Part shown: one piece after another, positions 22,886-34,089 of the stretch
Layout: every line of letters starts with the position of its first letter
Position numbering within the stretch: the stretch's first letter is position 1
DNA from: Candidatus Pelagibacterales bacterium
GTDB lineage: Bacteria > Pseudomonadota > Alphaproteobacteria > Pelagibacterales > Pelagibacteraceae
Assembly: GCA_965236175.1 (NCBI GenBank)
Contig: CBDEAT010000003.1
Span: 7,759-47,758 of the forward strand
Reading direction: 5' to 3'
Length of the DNA stretch: 40,000 nucleotides
The notes under the pieces: generated by a model
The model's database searches: none
What the model was told of the DNA's origin: nothing
What the model saw: only the letters and a program-made list of their open reading frames with translations
Position numbers and translations under genes: made by a program

Positions 22886-24983
22886 TCAATTAATAGAATG
22901 TTTTTCTAAATAAATCTTCTTCATATCTAATAACATCTGATAAAAATTTTCTGAAAATAACTTGGTGTTAAACAAGTTAGATTGTCTGCAGTTTAATAAT
23001 AGATTTTTTCTCAAATTTAATAAAATCTCTTTATCATTTGCGATTTGAACAGCTTTATTAATATAATCCTGCTCATTTTCTGCGATCATTTCTCTCATAT
23101 TAAGATTTATATTGATACTCTCTCCACATCGAGAAAGAAATGTTTTTCCTTTTTTAGTTAATAAAGGACACCCCATCCATGAAGCTTCAAAGCTAGTGGA
23201 GCCTCCATTATAAGGGAAAGGATCAAGAGCAATATCAACGTCATTATACATTTCTAATAAATCTTTTCTTTCCAAAAAGTCTTTTAAAATTATTTGATCC
23301 TCGCTTACACCAAATTTTGAAAAATCATTAATAATACTTTGTTTAATCTCTGGTGAATCAATTCCATTATAAATTAAAAGAATTTTAGAATTATTAATAC
23401 TATTTAAAATACTAGACCAAGTTTTTATTAAATTATTATTATATTTTAAATAATTATTAAAAGAACCGAATGTTACAAATCCTCTTCTTTCAAATGGTGC
23501 TATCTTTTTAATTTCAGTCATAAAATTAGGTGGACTATAACAATTCCAAATATTCGGCATTTTCCATAAATTTTCTGTAAAAAATTCCTCAATACCTTCA
23601 GAACAAATTATTCTATCCGATATTAAATAATCCATATTAGAAAGCCCCGTCGATGCAAGATATCCAATCCAAGCAACCTGTATGGGTGCAAGTCTATTTT
23701 CAAAAAGAGGCAAAATATTATTTTTGGTATGTCCTGATAAATCAAACAAAATATCAATTTTATCATTTCTAATTAAATTTATAATATCTTCTGATCTTCT
23801 TCCAGCAATTGTGTCCCATTTAAGAAAATATTTTTTAATAATCTTAGTTAGTTCTGTTTCAGAAAAAGAAGTTGAGTAAGCAAATAAATTTACTTTGTCT
23901 TTTAACTCTACTAAAGTTTTTTCTAAAAAGTATCCAACTGGATGATCGGCAAAATCGCCAGACACAAAACCTATGTTTAATTTTTCCTGACTATTTGTAA
24001 TAATTTTAACCGAGCTATCTAAGTTAAATTTTTGTATATTAGAACCAAAATTATTTAAAGTTTTGATATATTTGTCTTTAGAAGATTGCTCTAAATAATT
24101 ATAAGTAAATAATAAATTAGAATAAGAATCAGAATAATCTTGCTTTATAGCTAAAGATTTTTCAAAAAATACTACTGCATTATTATAGTCTCTGACCCTC
24201 ATATAATAAGATCCAATTGCTCTCAAAATTTTATAATTATTATTATTTTTATTAAATTTTTTATCTAATTCTAATGCTTGAAATAAATTTTCTTTTGCAT
24301 CGCTGTATTCATGAAGTTGGGCATGTGCATCTCCTAAATCCCAATAGGCCTCTGAATATTTTGGATTAACAACTATAGATGTATTTAATGAAATTTTTGC
24401 CTTATCAAAATCACCTGCAATCTTATAGGCCCTTCCTAAGTTTCTATGCAAATAATCTATTTGTGGGGCAATTTTGATTGCAGAAGAAAAATTATGAATT
24501 GCGAGATTAATATCTCCAAAATAGTCTAAATATATTTTCCCAAGATTATTATAAGCCTCTACATTAACATTATTAACCTCGAGAGACTCATTATAAAATT
24601 TAATTGCAAGGTTAATGTCTTCGATTTTGAGATAAACTAAAGCAATTTTATTTAATAAAAAATAATTTTTCTTATTAATAATATTTGCCTGCAAATAATA
24701 CTCGAGAGCTTTATTAAAATTTAATAATTTTTGGTTTAAAATTCCTAAATTGTAATACGCTTCAAAAGAATTAGATTTATAGTCTAAAATTTTTTTAAAA
24801 ATTTTTTCTGCTTCTAAATATTTTTCTGTTTCTAAAAATATTATTCCTAAAATATTTAAAAAATCAACATTAGTAGGCTGCTCTAAAATAAGTTGATCAA
24901 TAATAAATTTTGCATCATTAAAATTTTTTTTTTTTTAAAAAAAAGGATATTTTTTCTATTCTATCTTTAGAATTATTGATCAT
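22886..24983 (-). CDS. TPR-repeat protein with C-terminal GT41 (SPINDLY/O-GlcNAc transferase-like) glycosyltransferase domain; frame broken in an N-terminal homopolymer
   Basis: Repeated TPRs (EAYNNLGKIYLDYFGDINLAIHNFSSAIKIAPQ...; EAYWDLGDAHAQLHEYSDAKENLFQALELD) then [88 protein letters not shown]. Length from ATG 24983 (2098 nt) is not a multiple of 3. Confidence 0.85.
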
Positions 24984-25743
24984 TTATAATCTAATAGCTA
25001 TTCCTTTTTCTGAAAGATAATTTTTAGCATCTTTAATAGAAAAATCTCCATAATGAAAAATCGAAGCCGCTAAAACTGCACTTGCTAAGCCTGTTTTAAA
25101 TCCTTCATATAAATGATCAAGACTACCAACTCCCCCAGATGCTATAACTGGTATAGAAACTAAACTTGCAATAGCTCTGGTTAATTCAAGATCATAACCT
25201 GTTTTTGTTCCATCTTTATCCATAGATGTAAGGAGAATTTCTCCGGCACCATTTTTTTCGATAATTTTTGCATACTCTATAGCATCAATTCCTGTGGAAT
25301 TTCTTCCGCCATGCGTAAATACTTCCCATTTATTATTTGCTATTTTTTTTGCATCTATTGCAATTACTATACATTGTGACCCAAATCTAATTGAGCTCTC
25401 TCTAATAAAATTATGAGTTTTTTACTGCTGCAGTATTAATTGAAACTTTATCCGCGCCCGCTATCAAAAGATTTTTAATATCATCGATGCTGCTAACTCC
25501 TCCACCCACAGTTAAAGGAACAAAACAACTTTTTGCTGTCTCGCTTACTTTGTTTAATAAGATTTTTCTATTTTCATTTGATGCTGTGATGTCCAAAAAA
25601 CATATTTCATCAGCGCCACCTTTATCGTATATTTTTGCTTGCTCTACTGGATCGCCAGCGTCTTTTAAATTTACAAAATTAATACCTTTTACAACCCTAC
25701 CATCTTTAACGTCAAGACAGGGTATAATCCTTTTTTTTAACAT
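24984..25743 (-). CDS. hisF: Imidazole glycerol phosphate synthase subunit HisF, one frameshift near 25410
   Basis: [65 protein letters not shown], then [35 protein letters not shown]. Confidence 0.95.
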
Positions 25744-25753
25744 AATAATAATA

Positions 25754-27810
25754 TCACTGATTATTATTTAAAATATCTCGAAGTAAAAAGATAAAATCAT
25801 CTACAAATAATTTTTTTGAAAATATTTTATTATTACTTCTATTTATTTTTAAAAAATTTTGTATTTCTTGTAATTTATTTATTTTGTAATTTATTATATA
25901 ACTTTATTAACATACTCTGTTTCATCAACGCAATTCCATTCCTTGAGATCTAAATTAATATTAATACTTGCGCCCGTCCTAGATACAAAGCTGTCTCCAA
26001 TTTTTGTAAGGATAGGAGTGCACATCCAAGCACATTCTAAACTTGTTGTCATTCCATTGTATGGGAAAGGATCAAGAGCTATATCAATATCATTGTAAGC
26101 TTTTAACAAAGACTCTCTTTTGTCTTCATAAGACCCGATAATAATTCTATCTTTAGAAACAAAATTATTAGAAAACAATTCTTTAATTCTTTTTTGAACC
26201 TCTGAATCATTAAATTGTTGAGCTCTTAAATATAATTTTGAACTAGGTAATTTTGTTAAAATTTCTGACCACAATCTAATTACATCTGGGTTAATTTTGG
26301 CCAAGTTATTAAATGAACCAAATGTTACAAAGTCATTTTTTAATGATGGAATTTCCAATATACTAATTTCTTTTTCTATTGCAGAAAATGGAGTCCAAAT
26401 ATCGCGCAACCTAACTATTTTCTCTAAATAATTTTGTTCTTCGTGTTTTGGAATAACATGGGGATCTGCAACTAAAAAATCTATATTATTTAAACCGAGA
26501 GAAGCCAAATAACCAATCCAGCTTAGTTGAAATTTGGCGCTTCTATAATTAAAAATAGATACTCGGCTTCCTTTTGTGAATCCGGACAAATCAATTAAAA
26601 AATGCAAATTATCTTTTCTTATAAAATTTATTAATTCATAATCATTTTTACTGGCAATATTATTCCATACATAAAAATATTCTTTTAGTTTAAACGTCAT
26701 ATCGTCTTCATCTTGACGATTGCTGTAAGCAAAAATCTTAATATCTTTTCTGTTTCCTAACTCTTTAAAAAAATCAGATAAACAGAAGCTAACCGCATGA
26801 TTTCTAAAGTCTGCTGATATAAAACCGATTCTTAATTCATTTTTATTTAAATCTTCAGAATTATCCGATTTAAAATCTTGGAGATCTTGTTTATTAACTA
26901 AAGACTGAAATCTTTTTAAAAGAGAAAAATATTCATCCCTCTCGAAATCTTTTATATACAAAGAAGATAATGGCAGACTAAAAATATCACTCGCATCACA
27001 TCTAGAAAAATCAATCTTAAAATAAAGATCCATCCATTTTTCATGTTGCAAAGTATTTAAATATATCTTCATAAGTAATATTAATGACTCATTGTTTAAA
27101 GGTTGAATTTGCAAAGATTTTTTTACGCTTTCAAGCGCATTAAAATAAGAGGACTGCCTATCTAAGATTGAGGCCTGAATACGATATGCTAAAGATGATC
27201 TGGGATTTAAACTAATTGCAATTTCAATCATTTTTTCAGCGGAAGTATGTTTACCGATGTCCAAATAACAGATAGCCAAATTAAGATAGGATTCATAAGA
27301 ACCTATGTCTAAATTAATAGCTTTATTAAAAAACTTGATAGCCTGATCAAAATTATTTAATTTTTGATAAGCCAAACAATATTATTATATAATTTATGAT
27401 CATTAGGACTTAATAAAATAGACTTGTTTAATGCTTGAATCGCTTCTTCATATTTCTTTAATGACATAAGCGCCTGACTTAAAGCAATATATCCCTCAAG
27501 ATAATCTGAATTAATTTTAATAGTTTTTTCAAAACATTTTGTTGCTTCTGAATAATCGTTCTTTTCTAGATAAATTAAACCTAAATTATAATATGCGTTA
27601 AAAAAATTAGGATCTTTTGATGGCACATATGGCAATTAAATTAGCTTTTTCACTATCTAATTTTGATAAAATTACCCCATAAATATTGTCTAGTATTGGT
27701 AAATTCGGATTTTTATTAATTAACTCTAAAATTAATTTTTCTGAATCAATAAAATTATTTTCTTCGAATAATGTGATTACTCTTTTTATTTCATCGTCAA
27801 TTTTTTGCAT
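25754..27810 (-). CDS. Second TPR + GT41 (SPINDLY/OGT-like) glycosyltransferase, split by about 3 frameshifts
   Basis: ORFs 27607-27810, 27357-27635 and 25894-27375 join into TPR units ([31 protein letters not shown]...) plus [84 protein letters not shown]; C-term tail [33 protein letters not shown] in a shifted frame. Confidence 0.85.
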
Positions 27811-27816
27811 AAAAAA

Positions 27817-28545
27817 TTAATGTGAAATTTTTATAAGATCCCGAATCTTTATTGATCCATCATAAATAGCTCTTCCAAGAATTATTCCATGTAATTTTTT
27901 GAGTGCAGATATTTGATTAACATCTTCTATGCTAGAAAATCCACCTGAAGCTATTAAAGGAATTTTAACTTTATTTATAATTTTTTTAATTTGAGAAATA
28001 TTAACTCCTGTCTTGGTTCCGTCTCTATTAATGTCTGTATAAATAATCTTACTAACTCCTAAGCCTTCTAGTTTTTTAGAAAAATCCATAAGTTTTATTT
28101 TTGTTTGCTTAACCCAGCCTTTAATGGCTAAAAAATTATTTCTAACATCAAGTGCAACAGCTATTCTTCCAGGAAATAAATCACATGCTTTTTTTAAAAT
28201 TTTTGGGTTTTTTACAGCCATAGTTCCAACAACTACCGTTGAAACTCCATTTTTAATCCAAAAAGATATTTGTTTTAAAGTTCTAATGCCTCCACCTAAT
28301 TGTACATTTAAATTAGTATTCTTAATGATTTTAATTATAACTTTTTTATTCTTAGACCTTCCTTTTAAGGCACCATCAAGATCCACAAGATGTAAATCTG
28401 TAAAACCTTTCTTCTTAAATTGAAGGGCTTGATTATATGGAGAAGAGTTAAAAATAGTAGTTTTATTAAAATCTCCTTTATAAAGTCTTACACACTTTCC
28501 GTCTTTTAGATCTATTGCTGGAAATATAATCATTATAAATTCCAA
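27817..28545 (-). CDS. hisA: ProFAR isomerase HisA
   Basis: MIIFPAIDLKDGKCVRLYKGDFNKTTIF, LGGGIRTLKQISFWIKNG, IYTDINRDGTKTGVNI, LIASGGFSS. Confidence 0.96.
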   Translation of the reverse strand: MEFIMIIFPAIDLKDGKCVRLYKGDFNKTTIFNSSPYNQALQFKKKGFTDLHLVDLDGALKGRSKNKKVIIKIIKNTNLNVQLGGGIRTLKQISFWIKNGVSTVVVGTMAVKNPKILKKACDLFPGRIAVALDVRNNFLAIKGWVKQTKIKLMDFSKKLEGLGVSKIIYTDINRDGTKTGVNISQIKKIINKVKIPLIASGGFSSIEDVNQISALKKLHGIILGRAIYDGSIKIRDLIKISH

Positions 28546-29174
28546 TTCAAAAAGTTAGACAATAACTTAATTCCATTTTCCTGACTCTTTTCAGGGTGAA
28601 ACTGGGTACCAAAAATATTTTCTTTTAAAAGAGCAACAACGACTGGCTTCTCATAATCTGTTGTGCAGATAACATCATTAATATTTTCCGGTTCAAATGC
28701 ATAACTGTGCACAAAATAAAAATGAGATAAATTTTTAATGTCTAAAAATAAATCATTTTTTTTAACAATGTTAACTTCATTCCAGCCCATGTGGGGTAAT
28801 TTTAAATCTTTGTTATTAAGTTTTATCTTTTTTACAGAACCTTTGATCCAGCCAAATCCTTTGGTAACCTCTTCTTCAAACCCTTGATCTGAAAAAAGCT
28901 GCATGCCAACACAAATTCCAAAAATTGGTTTTTTTTTAATTAGAACAGATTCGTTAATAGAATCCCATAATCCAGATATATTTTTTACTCCTAAAGCACA
29001 CTGTCTATAAGAGCCCTGGCCAGGCAATATAATTTTATCTGAATCCAAGATATCTTTGGGCTTATTAGATATTCTTATATTGATTTTTTTATTAATTTTT
29101 GTAGCTGCAGCTTCTAAGGCTTTAGAAACGGAATTAAGATTTCCAGTTCCATAATCAACGATTGATACATACAT
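28533..29174 (-). CDS. hisH: Imidazole glycerol phosphate synthase subunit HisH
   Basis: VSIVDYGTGNLNSVSKALE, LPGQGSYRQC, PIFGICVGMQLFSD (glutaminase), GTQFHPEKSQENG. Confidence 0.97.
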   Translation of the reverse strand: MYVSIVDYGTGNLNSVSKALEAAATKINKKINIRISNKPKDILDSDKIILPGQGSYRQCALGVKNISGLWDSINESVLIKKKPIFGICVGMQLFSDQGFEEEVTKGFGWIKGSVKKIKLNNKDLKLPHMGWNEVNIVKKNDLFLDIKNLSHFYFVHSYAFEPENINDVICTTDYEKPVVVALLKENIFGTQFHPEKSQENGIKLLSNFLNWNL

Positions 29175-29185
29175 TTAAAAAATCT

Positions 29186-29785
29186 TTAAAGTATTCCTTT
29201 AGTGGAAGGCAAAGAATCTCCGGCCCTTGCATCTTTTTCTAATGCAAGACGTAAAGCCCTCGCTAATCCCTTAAAACAAGATTCGATAATGTGGTGGCTA
29301 TTATCACCATAAATATTTTCTATGTGCAAAGTAATGCCCGCGCTTTGTGAAAAAGCCTGAAACCACTCTTTAAATAGTTCAGTATCCATTTCTCCAAGCT
29401 TTTCTACTTTTAATTTCACATTCCAAACTAAATAGGGTCTATTTGATATATCAAGAGAAACTCTGCTTAATGTTTCATCCATTGGAATATAAGCATGCGC
29501 ATATCTTTTGATACCTTTCTTATCTCCCAAAGCCTTAGCAATAGCCTCTCCTATAACAATTCCTGAATCTTCTGTTGTGTGGTGAAGATCAATATGCAAA
29601 TCGCCTTTGGCTTTTAAATTTATATCTACCAAAGAATGCTTTGATAGCTGCTCAAGCATGTGATTTAAAAAACCAATTCCCGTATCTATTTTATAAATAC
29701 CTTTGCCATCTAAATTAACTTCTGCCTCTATAGATGTCTCTTTGGTTTTTCTATTAACTTTTGCGATCCTCATATGAATTAACAA
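29186..29785 (-). CDS. hisB: Imidazoleglycerol-phosphate dehydratase
   Basis: [61 protein letters not shown]. Confidence 0.97.
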   Translation of the reverse strand: MLIHMRIAKVNRKTKETSIEAEVNLDGKGIYKIDTGIGFLNHMLEQLSKHSLVDINLKAKGDLHIDLHHTTEDSGIVIGEAIAKALGDKKGIKRYAHAYIPMDETLSRVSLDISNRPYLVWNVKLKVEKLGEMDTELFKEWFQAFSQSAGITLHIENIYGDNSHHIIESCFKGLARALRLALEKDARAGDSLPSTKGIL

Positions 29786-29847
29786 TCTATATATAGAAAA
29801 ACTAACCTTATCAATAAATTAGCTTTAATGGTGAAATAAATACTATT

Positions 29848-30300
29848 CTATAATCTTTTTTTTAATCTTAATAAAAAAGCTCCAGATCCACCTAAACTTT
29901 GGTCTGGCTCTTCCATAGAATTAATAATATCCGAAAAATTATCTTTGATAAAATTTGGAACTGCATACTTTAATAAGCTTAAATCTTCTGACAAATAAGG
30001 ATTCTCTTTAACCTTAGATCTTAGTCCTTTGCCTGTAATAATTAAAATATTTCTTAAATCTTTTTGATAACAATTTTCTATAACTCCTTTTATCTTCTGA
30101 AAAGAATCTTGCAATGAGTAACCATGTAAATCTATTTTAAAATCAATATGATCTTGCTTTTTATTTCCTTTTATAGATTTTTTAGATATTTCGCCTTTAT
30201 CGCCATCTAAAAATTTTTGGTTCTTAAAATCTTCCCAAGCTTTTATATCTTCTGGATTTGTAGAATTTTTATTATTCTTTGGCATGCACATCCTGTGCAA
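29848..30300 (-). CDS. Smr/MutS2-domain protein
   Basis: HIDFKIDLHGYSLQDSFQKI...LRNILIITGKG, typical Smr DLHG and ITGKG motifs; true start probably at internal MPKNNK. Confidence 0.8.
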   Translation of the reverse strand: MHRMCMPKNNKNSTNPEDIKAWEDFKNQKFLDGDKGEISKKSIKGNKKQDHIDFKIDLHGYSLQDSFQKIKGVIENCYQKDLRNILIITGKGLRSKVKENPYLSEDLSLLKYAVPNFIKDNFSDIINSMEEPDQSLGGSGAFLLRLKKRL

Positions 30301-30886
30301 TTTCAGTTAAATGCCACGTAGGATCATCAGAATTTAAATCTCTCGAAAAACTCCAAACATCATTAACTGTTTGAATCTCTTCAGGGCTACCTTCGATAAC
30401 ATTATTGTTGGCATCTTTAATGCAGGATATAATTTCACTCACAAATCTAGTTTTCACAGTATAAAAACTGTCTTTCTTATCTACATTCTCTATTTTTGCT
30501 TTCTTAATTCCTATAAATGTAAATTGATTAACATATTTTTTATTTTTTCTTTCATCAAGAACACCAACGAAACTTTTATAAACTTCAGGAGAAGTTAGAT
30601 CTTTTAAAGTCTTTTTGTCTGCAGCTGCAAATGCATTAACGATCATCTCATAAGCTGCTTGGGCGCCTTTTAAAAATGTCTCCTCTTTAAATTCTCTTAA
30701 ATTAATATTTTCTTCAACTGTAGATGACTTAACATCTTCAAATTGAGCATCTACTATCACTGATTTTTTTGCTCTAACGGCACTATCCTCGGCTCCTTTG
30801 CCAAGAACATTTCTAAGTCTTAAAATAATTATACCCGCTACTATTGCAAGCAATACAATGTCTATATAGCCAAAATTATCATTCAT
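30272..30886 (-). CDS. Tim44/TimA-domain protein
   Basis: Single N-terminal TM followed by FLKGAQAAYEMIVNAFAAADKKTLKDLTSPEVYKSF, Tim44-like. Confidence 0.85.
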   Translation of the reverse strand: MNDNFGYIDIVLLAIVAGIIILRLRNVLGKGAEDSAVRAKKSVIVDAQFEDVKSSTVEENINLREFKEETFLKGAQAAYEMIVNAFAAADKKTLKDLTSPEVYKSFVGVLDERKNKKYVNQFTFIGIKKAKIENVDKKDSFYTVKTRFVSEIISCIKDANNNVIEGSPEEIQTVNDVWSFSRDLNSDDPTWHLTEIAQDVHAKE

Positions 30887-31001
30887 TTAAGGGTATTTTA
30901 GATTAAATAGTTAAAAATTAATACATCTAAATTTAGATCGAATTAAATGATATTTAATATAAAAAAATATATTTAAATAATACAAAAATTCATATTTTAA
31001 A

Positions 31002-31461
31002 ATGGAAGAAAAAAATAAAGAAAATTCTAAATACCAAATCATTGCAAACTACGTAAAAGATTTGTCTTTTGAAATTCCATCTCCAGATTGCTTTGTAGAT
31101 GCCGCACAAAATCTTGGAAAATATGAAACAAAAGTTGATATTTCTAACAAACCACTAAAAAATGGGATGTTAGAACTAAATTGTAAAACTTATTTTTGAA
31201 GCACCAAAAGAAGTACAAAATAAAATTCATGCCGAAGCATGTCTTGCTGTAGTATTTAAAATTACAGACACAGAATTAAAAGCAGAAGAAGTTAAAAGGA
31301 TTATTCTTGCAGAAATACCTGATTTATATGCAAAAAAACTAACAGATCTTATTACTGAATTATTTCAAAAATCAGGATTTAAAGAATTTAAATTTAAGAA
31401 AGAAATTAACTTTAAAGAACTATACGAACAACAGTCTGCTAATCTAACGCAAAAGCATTAG
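31002..31461 (+). CDS. secB: Protein-export chaperone SecB, one frameshift near 31181
   Basis: YQIIANYVKDLSFEIPSP N-term; second frame gives FEAPKEVQNKIHAEACLAVVFKITDTELKAEEVKRIILAEIPDLYAKKLTDLI. Confidence 0.75.
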
Positions 31462-32110
31462 AAACATTCTTTTTTAAAAATTTCTTATATTCTTCCATTT
31501 GTTCTGGTGAAACTTTAACAACGACACCTTCTCTGTTCTCATTACTCAGCTTCATTTTTTCGTTAAAAATTTTATCATTAGACATTAGATCAAGCGTTAA
31601 TTCCTTTTTATCAATTAATTCGATGTAAACTTTTGAAAGTAAATGACAGTCCAAAAGCGCAGAATGCTTTTCTCTAGCCTCAATACTAATTTTAAATCTC
31701 TTGCACAGAGCGTCTAAACTATTACCAACTCCTGGAAATTTAGATCTAGCAATCTGAAGGGTGTCTAATATATCAGATTTTAGAATTGGTTTTATATTTA
31801 GTCTTTTTAATTCATTATTTAAAAATCCAAGATCAAAATCTGCATTATGAATAATAAGTTTTTTATCTTTAATAAAATTAAGGAAATCTTTTGCAACATC
31901 TTTAAATTTTGGTTTGTTTGATAAAAATTCATCAGAATAACCATGAACACTAAAGGCATCTGCTGATACCTTGGTCTCAGGATTTAAAAAGGTATGAAAA
32001 ATATTTTTTGTGGGGATATGATTATTTAATTCCACACAAGCAATCTCAACAATTCTATCTTTCTCTGCTGACAGCCCTGTCGTCTCTGTATCTAAAATAA
32101 CTTCGATCAT
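31439..32110 (-). CDS. dnaQ: DNA polymerase III epsilon subunit
   Basis: MIEVILDTETTGLSAEKDRIVEIACVEL, FLNPETKVSADAFSVHGYSDEFL, LIIHNADFDLGFLNNEL. Confidence 0.95.
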   Translation of the reverse strand: MIEVILDTETTGLSAEKDRIVEIACVELNNHIPTKNIFHTFLNPETKVSADAFSVHGYSDEFLSNKPKFKDVAKDFLNFIKDKKLIIHNADFDLGFLNNELKRLNIKPILKSDILDTLQIARSKFPGVGNSLDALCKRFKISIEAREKHSALLDCHLLSKVYIELIDKKELTLDLMSNDKIFNEKMKLSNENREGVVVKVSPEQMEEYKKFLKKNVSNAFALD

Positions 32111-32691
32111 TAATTTAAAAGAATCTTACCAATAATATTTTTTACCTGCAATTTAACTTTATTTTTAGAACTATTATAAATTATGAAATCCGCATAGTTT
32201 TCTTTGATCTTTTCGTTTGCTTGTTGTTTTTTTAATATATTTAAAAACTGTTTATCTAGATTCTTTCTTTTTTTTATTCTGCTTAAAAAAGATCTAGACC
32301 TAGTTTTAACAAGAATAAGAATATCAACAAAATTGAACATTTTATTCTCCACTAAAAGCGGAACATCTAAAACAACTAATTTCTTTTTTTTAAACCTAGA
32401 TAAAAAAAGGACTAATTTCTTTCTAACTATTGGATGAATAATCTTGTTCAAAAATCTAAATTTATTTGGATTTTTTTTAAGAGAATCCCTAAGCTCCTGT
32501 TTATTTATTTTGCCTTTATAAATTTTTAACTTAAAGAATTTTGAAATCTTTTTATTTACAATCTTATTGTTCTTATAAATATTAGCAACTTCATTATCTG
32601 CTGAAAAAATATTAAAACCTAGTTCTTTAAAAATATTTGCAACAAAAGATTTGCCACTTCCAACCGATCCTAAAATGCCTACTCTAACCAT
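32110..32691 (-). CDS. coaE: Dephospho-CoA kinase
   Basis: VRVGILGSVGSGKSFVANIFKELGFNIFSADN, LDVPLLVENKM. Confidence 0.93.
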   Translation of the reverse strand: MVRVGILGSVGSGKSFVANIFKELGFNIFSADNEVANIYKNNKIVNKKISKFFKLKIYKGKINKQELRDSLKKNPNKFRFLNKIIHPIVRKKLVLFLSRFKKKKLVVLDVPLLVENKMFNFVDILILVKTRSRSFLSRIKKRKNLDKQFLNILKKQQANEKIKENYADFIIYNSSKNKVKLQVKNIIGKILLN

Positions 32692-33511
32692 TAATTTTTT
32701 TTCTAAGTTTTTTATAAATATCTTTTGTTATTTTTGGATTTTTCTTATTCCAAATATAAAAAGCCTTCTGCGCTTGATAAACAAACATATCTAAACCTGT
32801 AAAGATTTTATGGCCGTTCTTTCTTGCGTCCTTTAAAAACCTCGTATTTTCTGGGTTATAAACAATATCCACGACATTAATTTTCTTATCAAAAATGCTA
32901 AAATCAAACTTCAGATCCTTCTGACCAACCATGCCAAGGCTTGTAACATTAATTAAAATTTGGACGTCTCCAAATACTTTATACCGATCATTCCATTTGA
33001 TTGGATAAATAACCTTTTTAAATTTTTTCTTAAATACTTTTAGCTTAGAAAAAGTTCTATTAGTTATATATATTTTTTTCACTCCTTTTTGAATTAAAGC
33101 AAGAATAATAGAAGAGGTAACACCTCCGGCTCCAATAATTCCCGCTGTCTTAATTCTGGTTTTAACTTTCCTCAAGATGCCGTAAGAAAAACCATAAACA
33201 TCAGTATTATCACCAACCAATTTTTTTTTATTTAAATACACCGTATTTACTGATGAAGTTCTTAGCGCATCTCCCTTTAAAATATCCAAATGTCTAATAA
33301 CGCTTCCTTTAAAGGGGATGGTTACGTTAATTCCCTCTATCTCTCTTTTTCTAACTTTATTTAAAATTTTTTTTATTGCGGCTTGGGTAGTTTTTAATTT
33401 TTTATATTCACAATTAATTTTATTTTTGCGAAACCAATAATTATGCAAAAGGGGAGATAAAGAATGTTTAATGGGGTTTCCAATAACTAAAAAGTTTTTT
33501 TTATTTTTCAT
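32684..33511 (-). CDS. aroE: Shikimate dehydrogenase
   Basis: FLVIGNPIKHSLSPLLHNYWF, GINVTIPFKGSVI, GADTDVYG-like VGDNTDVYGF, AGIIGAGGVTSSIILAL. Confidence 0.95.
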   Translation of the reverse strand: MKNKKNFLVIGNPIKHSLSPLLHNYWFRKNKINCEYKKLKTTQAAIKKILNKVRKREIEGINVTIPFKGSVIRHLDILKGDALRTSSVNTVYLNKKKLVGDNTDVYGFSYGILRKVKTRIKTAGIIGAGGVTSSIILALIQKGVKKIYITNRTFSKLKVFKKKFKKVIYPIKWNDRYKVFGDVQILINVTSLGMVGQKDLKFDFSIFDKKINVVDIVYNPENTRFLKDARKNGHKIFTGLDMFVYQAQKAFYIWNKKNPKITKDIYKKLRKKING

Positions 33512-33519
33512 TTAATTTA

Positions 33520-34089
33520 TAATAGTTATTTAATTGTTTAATTGGCATTCCCATTACAGAGTATTCATCTCCCTTTATTTCTTCAAATAAATCTTTGCCC
33601 ATTCCTTCTATTTGATAAACACCATATTTCTTGATGGTTTCTAAGCCCTACTTTTTGTAAATAATCTTTAATAAAATTATCCGAAAACTGCTTCATTTTT
33701 AAAACAACCTGTTCTGTGTGCATCCAAATAGTCGAACCATTTTTACTCAAACAAATAGAGCTAAACAAAGAATGTTCTTTGCCATTTAATCTTTGCATCA
33801 AGTTCATAGCTAATTCCATGGTTTCTGGTTTGTTAAATATATTGCCTCCAAAATCCAAAACTTGATCAGCGCCGAGGACAATCTCGTTATATATTTTGCT
33901 GCTTATTTTTTTTGCTTTTGTTTCCGCTAGGGCCCTTGAAATATCAAATGAACTGAATTTCTCTGCCAATAAAGAATTTTTTATTTCATCCTCGTCTATG
34001 TTGGCCGCCTCTACTTTAACATTAAAACCAAAATCATTTAATATTTTTAGCCTTATCCCGCTAGCGGATGCTAAAATTATATTTCTCAT
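33520..34089 (-). CDS. maf: Maf-like nucleotide pyrophosphatase, frameshifted near 33650
   Basis: NIILASASGIRLKILNDFGF, DISRALAETKAKKIS, EIVLGADQVLDFGG; downstream frame restores ...KKYGVYQIEGMGKDLFEEIKGDEYSVMGMPIKQL. Confidence 0.88.
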
